From Intrasporangiaceae bacterium (GTDB lineage Bacteria; Actinomycetota; Actinomycetes; Actinomycetales; Dermatophilaceae), in the NCBI GenBank assembly GCA_021324575.1, contig JAJPIW010000006.1:5-64004 (forward strand): a DNA stretch of 64,000 nucleotides, in the 5' to 3' direction. Within the stretch, counting starts at the first letter, position 1; every line of letters starts with the position of its first letter. The notes under the pieces were generated by a model. That model saw nothing but the letters and a program-made list of their open reading frames with translations. It was not told the DNA's origin and made no database searches. The position numbers and the translations under genes are program-made. Below, piece by piece: positions 9,516-18,213 of the stretch.

Positions 9516-9842
9516 TCACCAGGGACCGTAGGGACCCTGGCGTTGGCCGCCCTTGCCGGTGACCTGACGCAGGGCGGGCCGGACGTCGGCGAGATAGACC
9601 CCGGCCGCCACGACGGCGAGTAGCCCGACGAAGCCGCCGATGACGTTGAAGACGCTCACGAAGCCGAGGGCGACCGCGACGACGAGGAGGATGACCCAGA
9701 AGTTCTTCGTGCGTTTGCCGGCGGCGGGGTAGGCATCGGTGCGGTGGGTCACCGCGTCGACGAGCGCATAGATCTCCATGACGAGCGCGGCCACGCCGAG
9801 GACGAGCAGCACCCACCCCTGCGCGCTACCGATCGTTCCCAT
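9516..9842 (-). CDS. DUF2516-family small membrane protein
   Basis: ATG at 9842 (MGTIGSAQGWVLLVLG...) within track ORF 9516-10037. The 108-aa product has three hydrophobic helices, and the extension upstream of the ATG is Arg-rich. Confidence 0.7.
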   Translation of the reverse strand: MGTIGSAQGWVLLVLGVAALVMEIYALVDAVTHRTDAYPAAGKRTKNFWVILLVVAVALGFVSVFNVIGGFVGLLAVVAAGVYLADVRPALRQVTGKGGQRQGPYGPW

Positions 9843-9874
9843 GGCCAAAGCGTAACCGGACGGGCCTCGGCGAC

Positions 9875-10300
9875 TCAGACCTCTAGGACGATGGTGACCG
9901 GCCCGTCGTTGCTGAGCTCCACGGCCATGTCGGCGCCGAACCGACCGGTCTCGACGTGGATCCCCTTGTCCCGCAACGCTTTCACCACGGCATCGACGAG
10001 CGGCTCGGCGACCGGGCCGGGTGCCGCGGCGTTCCACGTCGGGCGTCGGCCCTTGCGGGTATCGCCGTAGAGCGTGAACTGGCTGATCACGAGCACCGGC
10101 GCGCCGGCGTCCAGGACGGACTGCTCCTCGCGCAGGATCCGCAGGTCGGCGATCTTGCGAGCCACCGTCTCGACCTGGGCCGGGCCGTCGTCGTGGGTGA
10201 CGCCGATGAGGGCGACCACTCCTGGTGAAGGCAGGCTGCCGACCACGTCACCATCGACGACGACGCGCGCGCTCGTGCAGCGCTGGAGGACGGCGCGCAT
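9875..10300 (-). CDS. dtd: D-aminoacyl-tRNA deacylase
   Basis: 141 aa with the motifs [15 protein letters not shown] and the C-terminal NDGPVT. Confidence 0.92.
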   Translation of the reverse strand: MRAVLQRCTSARVVVDGDVVGSLPSPGVVALIGVTHDDGPAQVETVARKIADLRILREEQSVLDAGAPVLVISQFTLYGDTRKGRRPTWNAAAPGPVAEPLVDAVVKALRDKGIHVETGRFGADMAVELSNDGPVTIVLEV

Positions 10301-10304
10301 CGGG

Positions 10305-11423
10305 TCAGATGCCGACGGCGACGAGGGCGCCGACCGGCTCGCCGTGCCCGAGGACGGGGCTGTACTCGAGCTGTTCGTATGCCGGGGAGTCCACCCCGAG
10401 GGACCTCAGAACTGCGGCGAGGATCACAGGCTTGGCGCGGGGCGTCCCGTCGACGACCTTGACGGCGACGCCGCGGCCGTCGGCCAGCCCCACGGCATAC
10501 ACGCTCTCGGCCCCGTCCTTGGCGACGAGCCCCGGGGTCCGGGCCATGAGGGCGGTGACGTCGCGGCCGGTGCCGCCGACGTAGTCCGGGTGGGACCGCA
10601 TGGCGTCGGCGATCTCCCGCTCGGGAGTCCCCTCGGCCGCGGCGGCGAGCCGACCGAACGCACGGGCCAGCCCGGCCAGGCTGATCGCCATGACCGGTGC
10701 ACCGCAGCCGTCGACGGCGGTGGCCGCAACCGGCTCACCCGCGAGGTCCTCGATCGTCGCGGCAATGGCTCGCTGGAGCGGGTGCGCCGGGTCGCGGTAG
10801 GTCGTCGTGTCCCAGCCGTTGACGACGCACGTGGCGAGCATCGCCGCGTGCTTGCCGGAGCAGTTCTGGGCGACCGACTCCGGGGCAAGACCCTCGCGGA
10901 TCCACCGGTCGTGCTCGACGGCGTCGATGGGCAGGGTCGGGGTGTTCTGGAGGTCGTCGAGGGTCAAGCCGGCGCCGGCGAGGATGTCGGCAGCTGCGGC
11001 CTGGTGGAACGGCTCCCCGGAGTGGCTTGAGCAGGCGAGCGCCAGGAGACGCGGCTCGAGGCGGAGCCCGGCACGGACCATGGCCAGCGCCTGGACGGGC
11101 TTGTTGGCCGAGCGGGGGAAGATCGGCTCGTCGGCCGATCCCCAGGCGCGCTCCACGCTCCCGTCGGCCGCGGTGACCACGACGGCGGCGCGGTGCACCG
11201 ACTCGATGAACCCGTCGCGCACGAGATGGGCGAGGACGGGGGCATCGGCGAGGACGGGCGGCGTACCGTCCGGGCCCAGCGGTTGGGTCGGCTGGTGGGT
11301 GGGCTGCGGGGTCGTCACGGTCCCCGAACCTATCGCCCTCGCCGCTCGGCGGTGCAGCGGGAACGCCGAAGCGGCGGCCTCCGGGAGGAGACCGCCGCTT
11401 CGTGGGGTGCGTACGAGTCGCAA
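10305..11423 (-). CDS. Asparaginase-family protein (L-asparaginase II type)
   Basis: The ORF has an FIESVHR...[13 protein letters not shown] core and a CSGKHAAML motif. The start may instead be GTG at 11318, because the N-terminal 35 aa are Arg-rich. Confidence 0.78.
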   Translation of the reverse strand: MRLVRTPRSGGLLPEAAASAFPLHRRAARAIGSGTVTTPQPTHQPTQPLGPDGTPPVLADAPVLAHLVRDGFIESVHRAAVVVTAADGSVERAWGSADEPIFPRSANKPVQALAMVRAGLRLEPRLLALACSSHSGEPFHQAAAADILAGAGLTLDDLQNTPTLPIDAVEHDRWIREGLAPESVAQNCSGKHAAMLATCVVNGWDTTTYRDPAHPLQRAIAATIEDLAGEPVAATAVDGCGAPVMAISLAGLARAFGRLAAAAEGTPEREIADAMRSHPDYVGGTGRDVTALMARTPGLVAKDGAESVYAVGLADGRGVAVKVVDGTPRAKPVILAAVLRSLGVDSPAYEQLEYSPVLGHGEPVGALVAVGI

Positions 11424-11451
11424 CAGGAGCGACCGGCATACGGCGTCTGGG

Positions 11452-12171
11452 TCAGTCGCCGACCTTGGCAGCGGCCGTCTTGGTCGCCTTGGTGGCGCCG
11501 GCAGCGGTCTTCTTGACGCCGGTACCGGTCGCCTTGGCGGAGGTCGCGGCCTTCTTGGTGGCGTTGCGGGTCGTGGTCGTCGTGCGCTTGGCCGCGGTGC
11601 GGGTGCGGGCGGCGGACTGCTTGACCTCGGTCGTCGCGATCTCGACCTCGTCGGTCACGGACTCGACGATGGCGTCGGTGGCGCGGACGGCCTCCTTGCG
11701 GCCGGTCGTGAAGAGGGCCTTGGCCGAGGACTGGACGTCGGCGGCACCCTTGCGGGCGACGGTGACCGCACCCTTGGCGGAGGCGATGGTCGTCTCGGCC
11801 TGGGCGACGAGGTCCTTGGTGGCCTTCTGGTTGCGGATCCGGCTGACGAGCTTCTCGCCACGGACCGCGAGGTCGGCGTACTGGGCCTGGGCGAGCTCAC
11901 CGAGCTCGAGGCCACGGTTGAGGGCGAGCGCCGGGAGGTCCTGGACGGCCTTGACGGCCTTCTCGGGGAGCTCGGCAGCCTTGTCCTGGAGTTCGAGGGC
12001 CTTGGCCTGGAGCTTGGCCGGGGCGTACTCGGCGCGGAGCTTGGTACGGCGGGCCTCGGCCTCGACGCGGGCCTCGCGGGCCTTCTCGACGGCCAGGTCG
12101 ACGGTGCCGACGTAGGCCAGCAGCGGCTTGGTGTCGGTGAGGGTCTTGCGGATGTCGGTGACGACGGACAT
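11452..12171 (-). CDS. HbhA-like (heparin-binding hemagglutinin family) coiled-coil protein with a Lys/Thr/Ala-rich tail
   Basis: 239 aa. The N-terminal KPLLAYVGTVDLAV and the YADLAVRGEKLVSRIRNQ segment parallel mycobacterial HbhA. The basic tail is KRTTTTTRNATKKAATSAKATGTGVKKTAAGATKATKTAAAK. Confidence 0.75.
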   Translation of the reverse strand: MSVVTDIRKTLTDTKPLLAYVGTVDLAVEKAREARVEAEARRTKLRAEYAPAKLQAKALELQDKAAELPEKAVKAVQDLPALALNRGLELGELAQAQYADLAVRGEKLVSRIRNQKATKDLVAQAETTIASAKGAVTVARKGAADVQSSAKALFTTGRKEAVRATDAIVESVTDEVEIATTEVKQSAARTRTAAKRTTTTTRNATKKAATSAKATGTGVKKTAAGATKATKTAAAKVGD

Positions 12172-12176
12172 GTTCG

Positions 12177-12587
12177 TTACTCCTTGGTGGTGGTCGTGCG
12201 GGTGGCGGTGCGCTTGGGGCGGACCGGCTTGGCGGCACCCACGAACGACTCGTAGATGTCGATGAGCGCGTCTCGCTGACGCTGGGTGAGGTCGGGGTCG
12301 GCTGCGATGGCGGTCCTGACGGTGGTCGCCTCGGTGTCCGGCACCGGGCGGTCCTCGAGGATGCCGGCGCGGACGTAGAGGCTCTCGGCCGACACCTGCA
12401 GGCCCTTGGCGAGCTGCTGGAGGATCTCGGCGCTCGGCTTCTTCAGGCCCCGCTCGATCTGGCTGAGGTAGGGGTTGGAGACGCCGACGAGGTCGGACAG
12501 CTGCCGCAGCGACAGCTTGTGCGACTCACGCTGCTCACGCAGGTAGTCGCCCAGGTTGCCCAGGTCGGCGAGCGGGTTCCGGTTCAT
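12177..12587 (-). CDS. XRE-family helix-turn-helix transcriptional regulator
   Basis: 136 aa with the HTH LSLRQLSDLVGVSNPYLSQIERG. It lies immediately upstream of the hbhA-like gene, the same pairing as Rv0474-Rv0475. Confidence 0.85.
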   Translation of the reverse strand: MNRNPLADLGNLGDYLREQRESHKLSLRQLSDLVGVSNPYLSQIERGLKKPSAEILQQLAKGLQVSAESLYVRAGILEDRPVPDTEATTVRTAIAADPDLTQRQRDALIDIYESFVGAAKPVRPKRTATRTTTTKE

Positions 12588-12650
12588 GCCTCCAGTGTGC
12601 TTGCTCTAGTTAGCAAAATGCAAACTGGAGACAGCGTGAGGCTCTTCACA

Positions 12651-12684
12651 CGGCATACGGGAACAGGCGCTTCCCCGTATGCCG
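12651..12684 (-). terminator. Hairpin formed by an inverted pair of the 9-mer motif, downstream of the DUF4395 gene
   Basis: CGGCATACGGGAA-caggcgc-TTCCCCGTATGCCG gives a 13-bp stem with one bulge. It starts 11 nt after the stop of the gene at 12695. Confidence 0.55.
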
Positions 12685-12694
12685 GCCGCCCGGG

Positions 12695-13201
12695 TCAGAC
12701 GACGGTGGCACCCTGCGGGCGGCGCAGGCGGATGTCGTTGCACGCCTCGCAGGTCTCCTCGGGGATCAGGCCGAGGCGCATGAGGTGACCGAACGCCCAA
12801 CAGCCGGCACAGAAGCCGAGCACGCTCTCCAGGAGCGCAAAGGCGAGCAGGACGACCATCAGGCCGATGGCGATGGCGCGCTGGCCGAAACCGAGACTGA
12901 GCACCGCCGCGCTCGCCGTGAACACCAGGCCGACGGTCTGGGCGAACCGCTTGGGCGGCCCGGGCACCAGCTTGGGCTCGCCGAGACGGGGCGCGATGAC
13001 CCGCGTGGCCAGCTGCCCGAGCGGGCTGAGCCGGGGGCCGGTGAGCACCCGGGCGAGGAATCCGAGGGCCAGGAGAGCGATGAGCCAGTGCCAGCCGGTG
13101 ACGAGGACGACGACCGCGAGGACGGCGACGCCGGCGGCCACGGTGCGGGCCGCCTTCTCGTTGACCGGGTTCGGGAAACCGATGATGCTGCGCATAACCA
13201 C
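12695..13201 (-). CDS. DUF4395-domain membrane protein
   Basis: 168 aa with four hydrophobic segments and the C-terminal motif GFCAGCWAF...CEAC. Confidence 0.75.
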   Translation of the reverse strand: MVMRSIIGFPNPVNEKAARTVAAGVAVLAVVVLVTGWHWLIALLALGFLARVLTGPRLSPLGQLATRVIAPRLGEPKLVPGPPKRFAQTVGLVFTASAAVLSLGFGQRAIAIGLMVVLLAFALLESVLGFCAGCWAFGHLMRLGLIPEETCEACNDIRLRRPQGATVV

Positions 13202-13246
13202 AGATTATGCCTTACATAACCTCCCGTTGCGCCCCCTCCCTGAAGC

Positions 13247-13319
13247 AACCTCTGCTAGCAGAGCTTGGGTCTCCCAGCGCACGTTGCACCCTGTGCTGAG
13301 AGACCCAAGCTCTGCTGAG
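13247..13319. repeat. Palindromic intergenic repeat, copy A (right end degenerate)
   Basis: AACCTCTGCTAGCAGAGCTTGGGTCTCCCAGCGCACGTTGCACCCTGTGCTGAGAGACCCAAGCTCTGCTGAG. By eye it is about 90% identical to copy B over the first 60 bp or so. Confidence 0.75.
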
Positions 13320-13333
13320 TCGGGCCCGACCGG

Positions 13334-14821
13334 TCAGTGCCCGGCCGGCGACTCCTCGCGCGCCCGCATGGGAAGCAGGAAGGTGAGCGCGAAGGACAGC
13401 GCAACGAAGCCGACCGCCAGCCACATCGACGCACTCGCCGCCGCGCGGAAGGCACCGACCCGGCTCGTGCCGTCAGCGCCGGCGAGGACGTGGAAGAACA
13501 GGGTGCCGATCACGGCCACCCCGAAGGCGCCGCCCAGCTGTTGCACCGCCGTGAGGACGCCGGACGCGGACCCGGACTCGGCCTCGTCGACCCCGGCCAG
13601 GGCGATGTCGAAGAACGGCGCCATGGTCAGGCCCATCCCGATCCCCATGACCGCCAGCGCCGGCGACATCGACCAGATCGTGATGCCGTCGCCGGCCAGG
13701 TGCAGGGTGAGCACGAACCCGGCCAGCCCAAGCGCCGACAGCGCCTCACCGAGGTGCATGAGGTGCCGGCCGAGGCGTATGCCGAGTGGCTGGGAGGCGA
13801 TGAACCCGGCCACCATGCCGACCGCCTGGGCGATGCCGGCGAGACCGGCCTTGAGCGGTGAGTAGCCCAGGCCGAGCTGGACGAACAGCGTGAACACGAC
13901 GGACAGGCCCATGAGCGAGCCGAAGAGGGCCATCCCGGTGGCGATCCCACCGGTGAAGGCCCGCTTGGTGAAGAGCGACGGCGTGATCAGCGTGACCTTC
14001 CCGGCGCGGTCACGGCGCCGCTCGACGACCGCGAGGAGGACGAAACCGAGCAGCCCAGTCAGCACCGCGGCATACGTCCAGAGCGGCCAGCCCGCCTCCT
14101 GGCCCTGGATGAGGGGGTAGATCAGGGCGACCATCGAGGCGCTCGCGATGGCCGCACTCGTCAGCTCGACATGGAGGGTGCGGTCCGGGCGGGAGGCGGG
14201 CAGGATCCGCAGCCCGGCGACGAGGGCGACCAGGCCGATCGGGACGTTGATGGCAAAGATGGTCCGCCAGCCCCAGTCGAAGAGGTTCGCGTCGACGAGG
14301 AAGCCGGCGAGGATGGGGCCGCCGACAGCGGACAGGCCCATGATCGGACCGAACGCGCCGAAGGCCTGGCCGATCTGCTCCGGAGGGAACATCTCCTTGA
14401 TCAGGCCGAGGCCCTGCGGCAGCATCACCGCGCCGATCAGACCCTGTAGGACACGGAAGCTGATGAGCATCCCGGGGCCTTGGGCAAGGGCGGCTGCCAG
14501 CGACATCGCCGTGAAGCCGGCCATCCCGATGAGGAACATCCGCTTGCGGCCGTAGATGTCGCCGAGCCGCCCGCCGATGAGCAGGCCGCTCGCCATGGCG
14601 ATCGTGTAGCCGGCGGCGAGCCACTGGATGAGGGTCTGGCCGCCGCCGAGCTCGCGGACGATGGTCGGGCCGGCGATGGAGGTGATGAGCGCGTCGAGGA
14701 GGTCCATCACCTCGGCGGCGAGGATGACGAAGAGAGCGGGCCAGCGCAGGGCGTATGCCGCGCGGGCGCCGGGTGCTGCCGAGGGCGGCTCGACGGCGGC
14801 CGTCGTGGGTGAGGTGGTCAT
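13334..14821 (-). CDS. MFS transporter, DHA2 (14-TMS) drug:H+ antiporter type
   Basis: 495 aa with many TM segments and MFS motif A (GGRLGDIYGRKRMF). It is divergent from a TetR gene. Confidence 0.88.
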   Translation of the reverse strand: MTTSPTTAAVEPPSAAPGARAAYALRWPALFVILAAEVMDLLDALITSIAGPTIVRELGGGQTLIQWLAAGYTIAMASGLLIGGRLGDIYGRKRMFLIGMAGFTAMSLAAALAQGPGMLISFRVLQGLIGAVMLPQGLGLIKEMFPPEQIGQAFGAFGPIMGLSAVGGPILAGFLVDANLFDWGWRTIFAINVPIGLVALVAGLRILPASRPDRTLHVELTSAAIASASMVALIYPLIQGQEAGWPLWTYAAVLTGLLGFVLLAVVERRRDRAGKVTLITPSLFTKRAFTGGIATGMALFGSLMGLSVVFTLFVQLGLGYSPLKAGLAGIAQAVGMVAGFIASQPLGIRLGRHLMHLGEALSALGLAGFVLTLHLAGDGITIWSMSPALAVMGIGMGLTMAPFFDIALAGVDEAESGSASGVLTAVQQLGGAFGVAVIGTLFFHVLAGADGTSRVGAFRAAASASMWLAVGFVALSFALTFLLPMRAREESPAGH

Positions 14822-14838
14822 GGCTGAGGTCCTTGTCT

Positions 14839-14892
14839 CGAACAGTGTTCGTTAGTTGACGAACACCGTTCTACTCACGAACGGCGTTCGTG
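14839..14892. promoter_or_regulatory. Three CGAAC/GTTCG palindromes in the MFS/TetR divergent intergenic region (candidate TetR operators)
   Basis: CGAACAGTGTTCG (14839-14851), GAACACCGTTC (14861-14871) and CACGAACGGCGTTCGTG (14876-14892). Confidence 0.55.
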
Positions 14893-14924
14893 TCAAGCGG
14901 TGCCTCTCCACTAGACTGGTCACG

Positions 14925-15650
14925 ATGACCATCGCCGACCGGACCCCTCCCGACCTCGCCCGCGCACGGCCCCGCGCCCGCGGCGACAAGACGCCGCTGC
15001 GGCTGGACGCGATCGTCGACGAGGCGCTGCGGATCATCGACACCGAGGGCACCGACGCCGTGTCGATGCGCAAGGTCGCCGCCGCGTTCGACACCGGCCC
15101 GGCCAGCCTCTACGCACACGTCGACAACAAGGACGACCTGCTCCGGCTGGCGCTGCGCAAGGTGTTGGACACCATGCCCCTGCCCGCGGGCGAGACATGG
15201 CAGGCCATGTTCCGTGCCCACGCCCACACCATTCGCGCGGTGCTCGCGGCCCACAACGACCTGGCCCGGCTCACCTTCGGCACCGTTCCCGAGAGCGACC
15301 AGGTCACCGAGGGGAGCGAGCGCCTGCTCGCGGCGATGATCGGCGGTGGGGTCCCGCCCCAGGTCGCCGCCTGGTCCTTGGACGTCATCTCGCTGTACAT
15401 CGCCGCCGACGTCCACGAGGGCTGGCTGATGGGCCGGATCTTCGACGACGGGTCGGGGCGGCCGCCGGAGGAGGTCGGCATGGAGTACTTCAGGGGCTTC
15501 GGCGAGCGGATGGCGAGCCTGCCCAAGGACCGGTTCCCAACTCTCACCGGCCACCTCGAGGAGCTGATGGGCGGCGACGGGGACCAGCGGTTCAGCTTCG
15601 GGATCGACATGTTCATCGCCGGCATGGCCGCTCAGATCCCGCCGACGTAA
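14925..15650 (+). CDS. TetR-family transcriptional regulator
   Basis: ATG at 14925 within track ORF 14856-15650. The N-terminal HTH is VSMRKVAAAFDTGPASLYAHV. Confidence 0.85.
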   Translation: MTIADRTPPDLARARPRARGDKTPLRLDAIVDEALRIIDTEGTDAVSMRKVAAAFDTGPASLYAHVDNKDDLLRLALRKVLDTMPLPAGETWQAMFRAHAHTIRAVLAAHNDLARLTFGTVPESDQVTEGSERLLAAMIGGGVPPQVAAWSLDVISLYIAADVHEGWLMGRIFDDGSGRPPEEVGMEYFRGFGERMASLPKDRFPTLTGHLEELMGGDGDQRFSFGIDMFIAGMAAQIPPT

Positions 15651-15672
15651 CCCCCGCGAGCGCCCGATTCCT

Positions 15673-15752
15673 AACCTCTGCTAGCAGAGCTTGGGTCACT
15701 CAGCGCAGGTTGCAACCTCTGCTGAGAGACCCAGCCTCTGTTAGCAGAGGTT
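15673..15752. repeat. Palindromic intergenic repeat, copy B (complete)
   Basis: The terminal arms AACCTCTGCTAGCAGAG and CTCTGTTAGCAGAGGTT are inverted repeats (16/17). The internal palindrome is CTTGGGTCACTCAGC...GCTGAGAGACCCAG. Confidence 0.8.
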
Positions 15753-15766
15753 GCGTCGAAGGGTTG

Positions 15767-16630
15767 TCAGCGGGCAGGGCGAGGGGGACGACGGTCCCGT
15801 ATGCCGAGCAGCTCACGGGCCGCGTCGGTGGACATAGCCGGGCGCTGCATCGTGGCGGCCAGCTCGGCCGCGCGGGAGACCAGCTCGCTGTTGTGCTGCA
15901 CCTGCTGGCCGCGGGCGAACATGATGTTGTCCTCCATGCCGACCCGCAGGTGACCGCCACCGGCGAGCGCGGCCGCCAGGATCGGCAGGTGGGCGCGGCC
16001 GATCCCTGTCGCCGACCAGGAGGTGACCTCGGCCGGGAGAGCCTGCACACCGGCATACAGCGCCTCCGGCGTCCCGGGCATCCCACCGGGCACGCCGGTG
16101 ACGAAGTCGACGTGCACCTTGCCGCCGTACGGCAGGCCGTGGGTGTCGAGCAGGCGCCGCAGCGACCAGACGTGCCCGAGGTCGAACAGCTCGAACTCGG
16201 GCACCACCTCGCGCTCCTGGGCCTGGACGTAGAGGTCGGACATGAAGCCCCACGGGTTGAGGAACACGTCGTCGCCGAAGTTCGTCGTGCCACAGGTGAG
16301 GCTGCACGAGTCCGGCTCGGCATCGAGCACGGTGAGCCTGGCGGCGAGCGGGTCGTGGACCGAGCCGCCGGTCGAGAGCTGGACGACGAGGTCGGTGGCC
16401 TCACGCAGCGCCTGGACCGCGGCCGAGAGATATCCCCCGTCGAGCGTCGGCCGGTGCTCGGCGTCCCGGATGTGCAGGTGGATGAGCGACGCCCCGGCCG
16501 CCTCGCAGGCCACGGCCGTCGCGACGAGCTCGTCGAGGGTGGTCGGCAGCTGCGGGACGTCGTGCTTGGCCAGCTCGGCGCCGGTGGGTGCGACGGTGAT
16601 GAGGGTGCCGGACGACGTCGTCATGCGCAC
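15767..16630 (-). CDS. 3-keto-5-aminohexanoate cleavage enzyme family (BKACE/DUF849)
   Basis: 287 aa with LIHLHIRD and GGHLRVGMEDN motifs typical of BKACE. Confidence 0.82.
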   Translation of the reverse strand: MRMTTSSGTLITVAPTGAELAKHDVPQLPTTLDELVATAVACEAAGASLIHLHIRDAEHRPTLDGGYLSAAVQALREATDLVVQLSTGGSVHDPLAARLTVLDAEPDSCSLTCGTTNFGDDVFLNPWGFMSDLYVQAQEREVVPEFELFDLGHVWSLRRLLDTHGLPYGGKVHVDFVTGVPGGMPGTPEALYAGVQALPAEVTSWSATGIGRAHLPILAAALAGGGHLRVGMEDNIMFARGQQVQHNSELVSRAAELAATMQRPAMSTDAARELLGIRDRRPPRPAR

Positions 16631-16679
16631 ATCATGGCATCTGCCGTATGCCGGTCACGACAGGAGATCCTGCGGTCGG

Positions 16680-17723
16680 TCAGGGCTCGACGATGACAGT
16701 TTGCGCGGCGGAGACGCCTTCAACGACAAGATCCACATCGGCCGGAGTGTTTCGCTTGATCAGCGCCAGTCCGATCGGGCCGTCCTCGTGGTGCCGGGCG
16801 ACCGAGGTGAGGTACCCGACCGGACGCGCCGACTCACCGGCCACGAACACCGGCGCTCCGACCTCGGGCAGGGTGTGCCCCGAGCCGTCGAGGTGCAGGA
16901 AGACGAGTCGCCGCGGCGGACGACCGAGGTTGTGGACGCGGGCGATCGTCTCCTGGCCGCGGTAGCAGCCCTTGTGCAGATGCACGGCGGTCCGCAGCCA
17001 GTCCAGCTCGTGCGGGATGGTCCGGTGGTCGGTCTCCAGCCCCATCCGCGGGCGCCAGGCCGCCACCCGCAGCGCCTCGGCCGCCCACGTCCCGGCAAGC
17101 GGCCGGTCACCGACGAACGCCTCAAGCTCCTCCCGCGGCACGATCACCTCGCGCCACGACCGCGCCTCGCCCGGGTGCCCGTCGACCGGTCCGTATGCCG
17201 CGGTGTCGCCGACAAGAGCCGGCCAGCGGTCGACCCAGGTCGGCGGCTCGCCGGGGAGCCCGGCGCCCGAAAGCGGCTCTCCGACAACGGCATACGCGTC
17301 ACTGACGTCTGCGACCTCGACGCGGAGCATGAACCGCATCGAGTTGAGCCAGGCGACGAGCGCGGGCGCCGTGCCGGGCTCGACGGACAGCCAGGTCGTC
17401 GCCCCGTCGTCGACGACATGGAGGGCGTGCTCGACGTGGCCCTTGGGGGACAGGACGAGCGTCTCCGTCGACTCCCCCGGCGCGAGGCCGGTCAGCGACT
17501 GGGTGGTCATGGAGTGCAGCCAGGTCAGCCGGTCCGGGCCGGTGACGGTCACGACCCCCCGGTTGCCGAGGTCGACCGCAGCCAGTCCTTCGGCGAGAAG
17601 CCGCTGCTCGCGCAGCGGGTCGCCGTAGTGCATGGCGACCGACGCGTCGAGCCCGTCGCCCGCCACTGCTCCGGAGCGGGAGAGCAGCGGGGACCCCGCG
17701 ATCACGTCTGACACTTGGTGCAC
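16680..17723 (-). CDS. ygfZ: Folate-binding protein YgfZ (aminomethyltransferase-like)
   Basis: 347 aa with the KGCYRGQETIARV signature. The start may be GTG at 17705, which overlaps the fur stop as GTGA. Confidence 0.82.
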   Translation of the reverse strand: MHQVSDVIAGSPLLSRSGAVAGDGLDASVAMHYGDPLREQRLLAEGLAAVDLGNRGVVTVTGPDRLTWLHSMTTQSLTGLAPGESTETLVLSPKGHVEHALHVVDDGATTWLSVEPGTAPALVAWLNSMRFMLRVEVADVSDAYAVVGEPLSGAGLPGEPPTWVDRWPALVGDTAAYGPVDGHPGEARSWREVIVPREELEAFVGDRPLAGTWAAEALRVAAWRPRMGLETDHRTIPHELDWLRTAVHLHKGCYRGQETIARVHNLGRPPRRLVFLHLDGSGHTLPEVGAPVFVAGESARPVGYLTSVARHHEDGPIGLALIKRNTPADVDLVVEGVSAAQTVIVEP

Positions 17724-18163
17724 CTTCCCTGGACAGCCATGTGGGTGAACGCCGCGTCGAAGCCGCGCTGTTCCCGGATCCGCGCGACGAGATCGTCGGC
17801 GATCGAGGCGGGAACCTCCCCCACCGTGCCACAGCCGGTGCAGACCAGGTGAATGTGGTGGTCGTGGTCGGCGAGCTGGTAGCTCGGCGACCGGTGGTCC
17901 AGGTGGGTGTGCCGCAAGGCGCCGGCCTGCTCCATCGCCTCCAGCGCGCGGTAGATCGTGGAGGGCGGCAGCTGCGGACCGCCGTCGACGGCGACCCGGC
18001 TCAACACCTCCTCGGCGGTGGCGTGCCCCAGCTCGGCAACGGCCGCGAGAACCCGCTCGCGCTGCCGGGTGACCCGCAGCCCCTGTCGCCGGAGCAGCTC
18101 GCCATGCTCGTCCACCCCCTCACTGTAGGTCCGCTGCGAACGGTCGGCGCCTGCTCCCGGCAC
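17702..18163 (-). CDS. Fur-family metalloregulator
   Basis: RVTRQRERVL, a winged helix (STIYRALEAMEQAG), the metal sites HHIHLVCTGCG and a C-terminal CTKC. The exact start is uncertain. Confidence 0.85.
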   Translation of the reverse strand: MPGAGADRSQRTYSEGVDEHGELLRRQGLRVTRQRERVLAAVAELGHATAEEVLSRVAVDGGPQLPPSTIYRALEAMEQAGALRHTHLDHRSPSYQLADHDHHIHLVCTGCGTVGEVPASIADDLVARIREQRGFDAAFTHMAVQGRCTKCQT

Positions 18164-18213
18164 GCCGTTGGGGACAACAGGTGGCAGCCAGCCCGGACAC
18201 CTACACTGGCGCG

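Noticed and set aside
10807-12255. 482-aa plus-strand ORF (and the similar 555-aa ORF at 33530-35197)
   Set aside because: They are antisense to the asparaginase/hbhA-like genes and to the ArsR/pit genes respectively. Their translations are low-complexity and Gly/Arg-rich.
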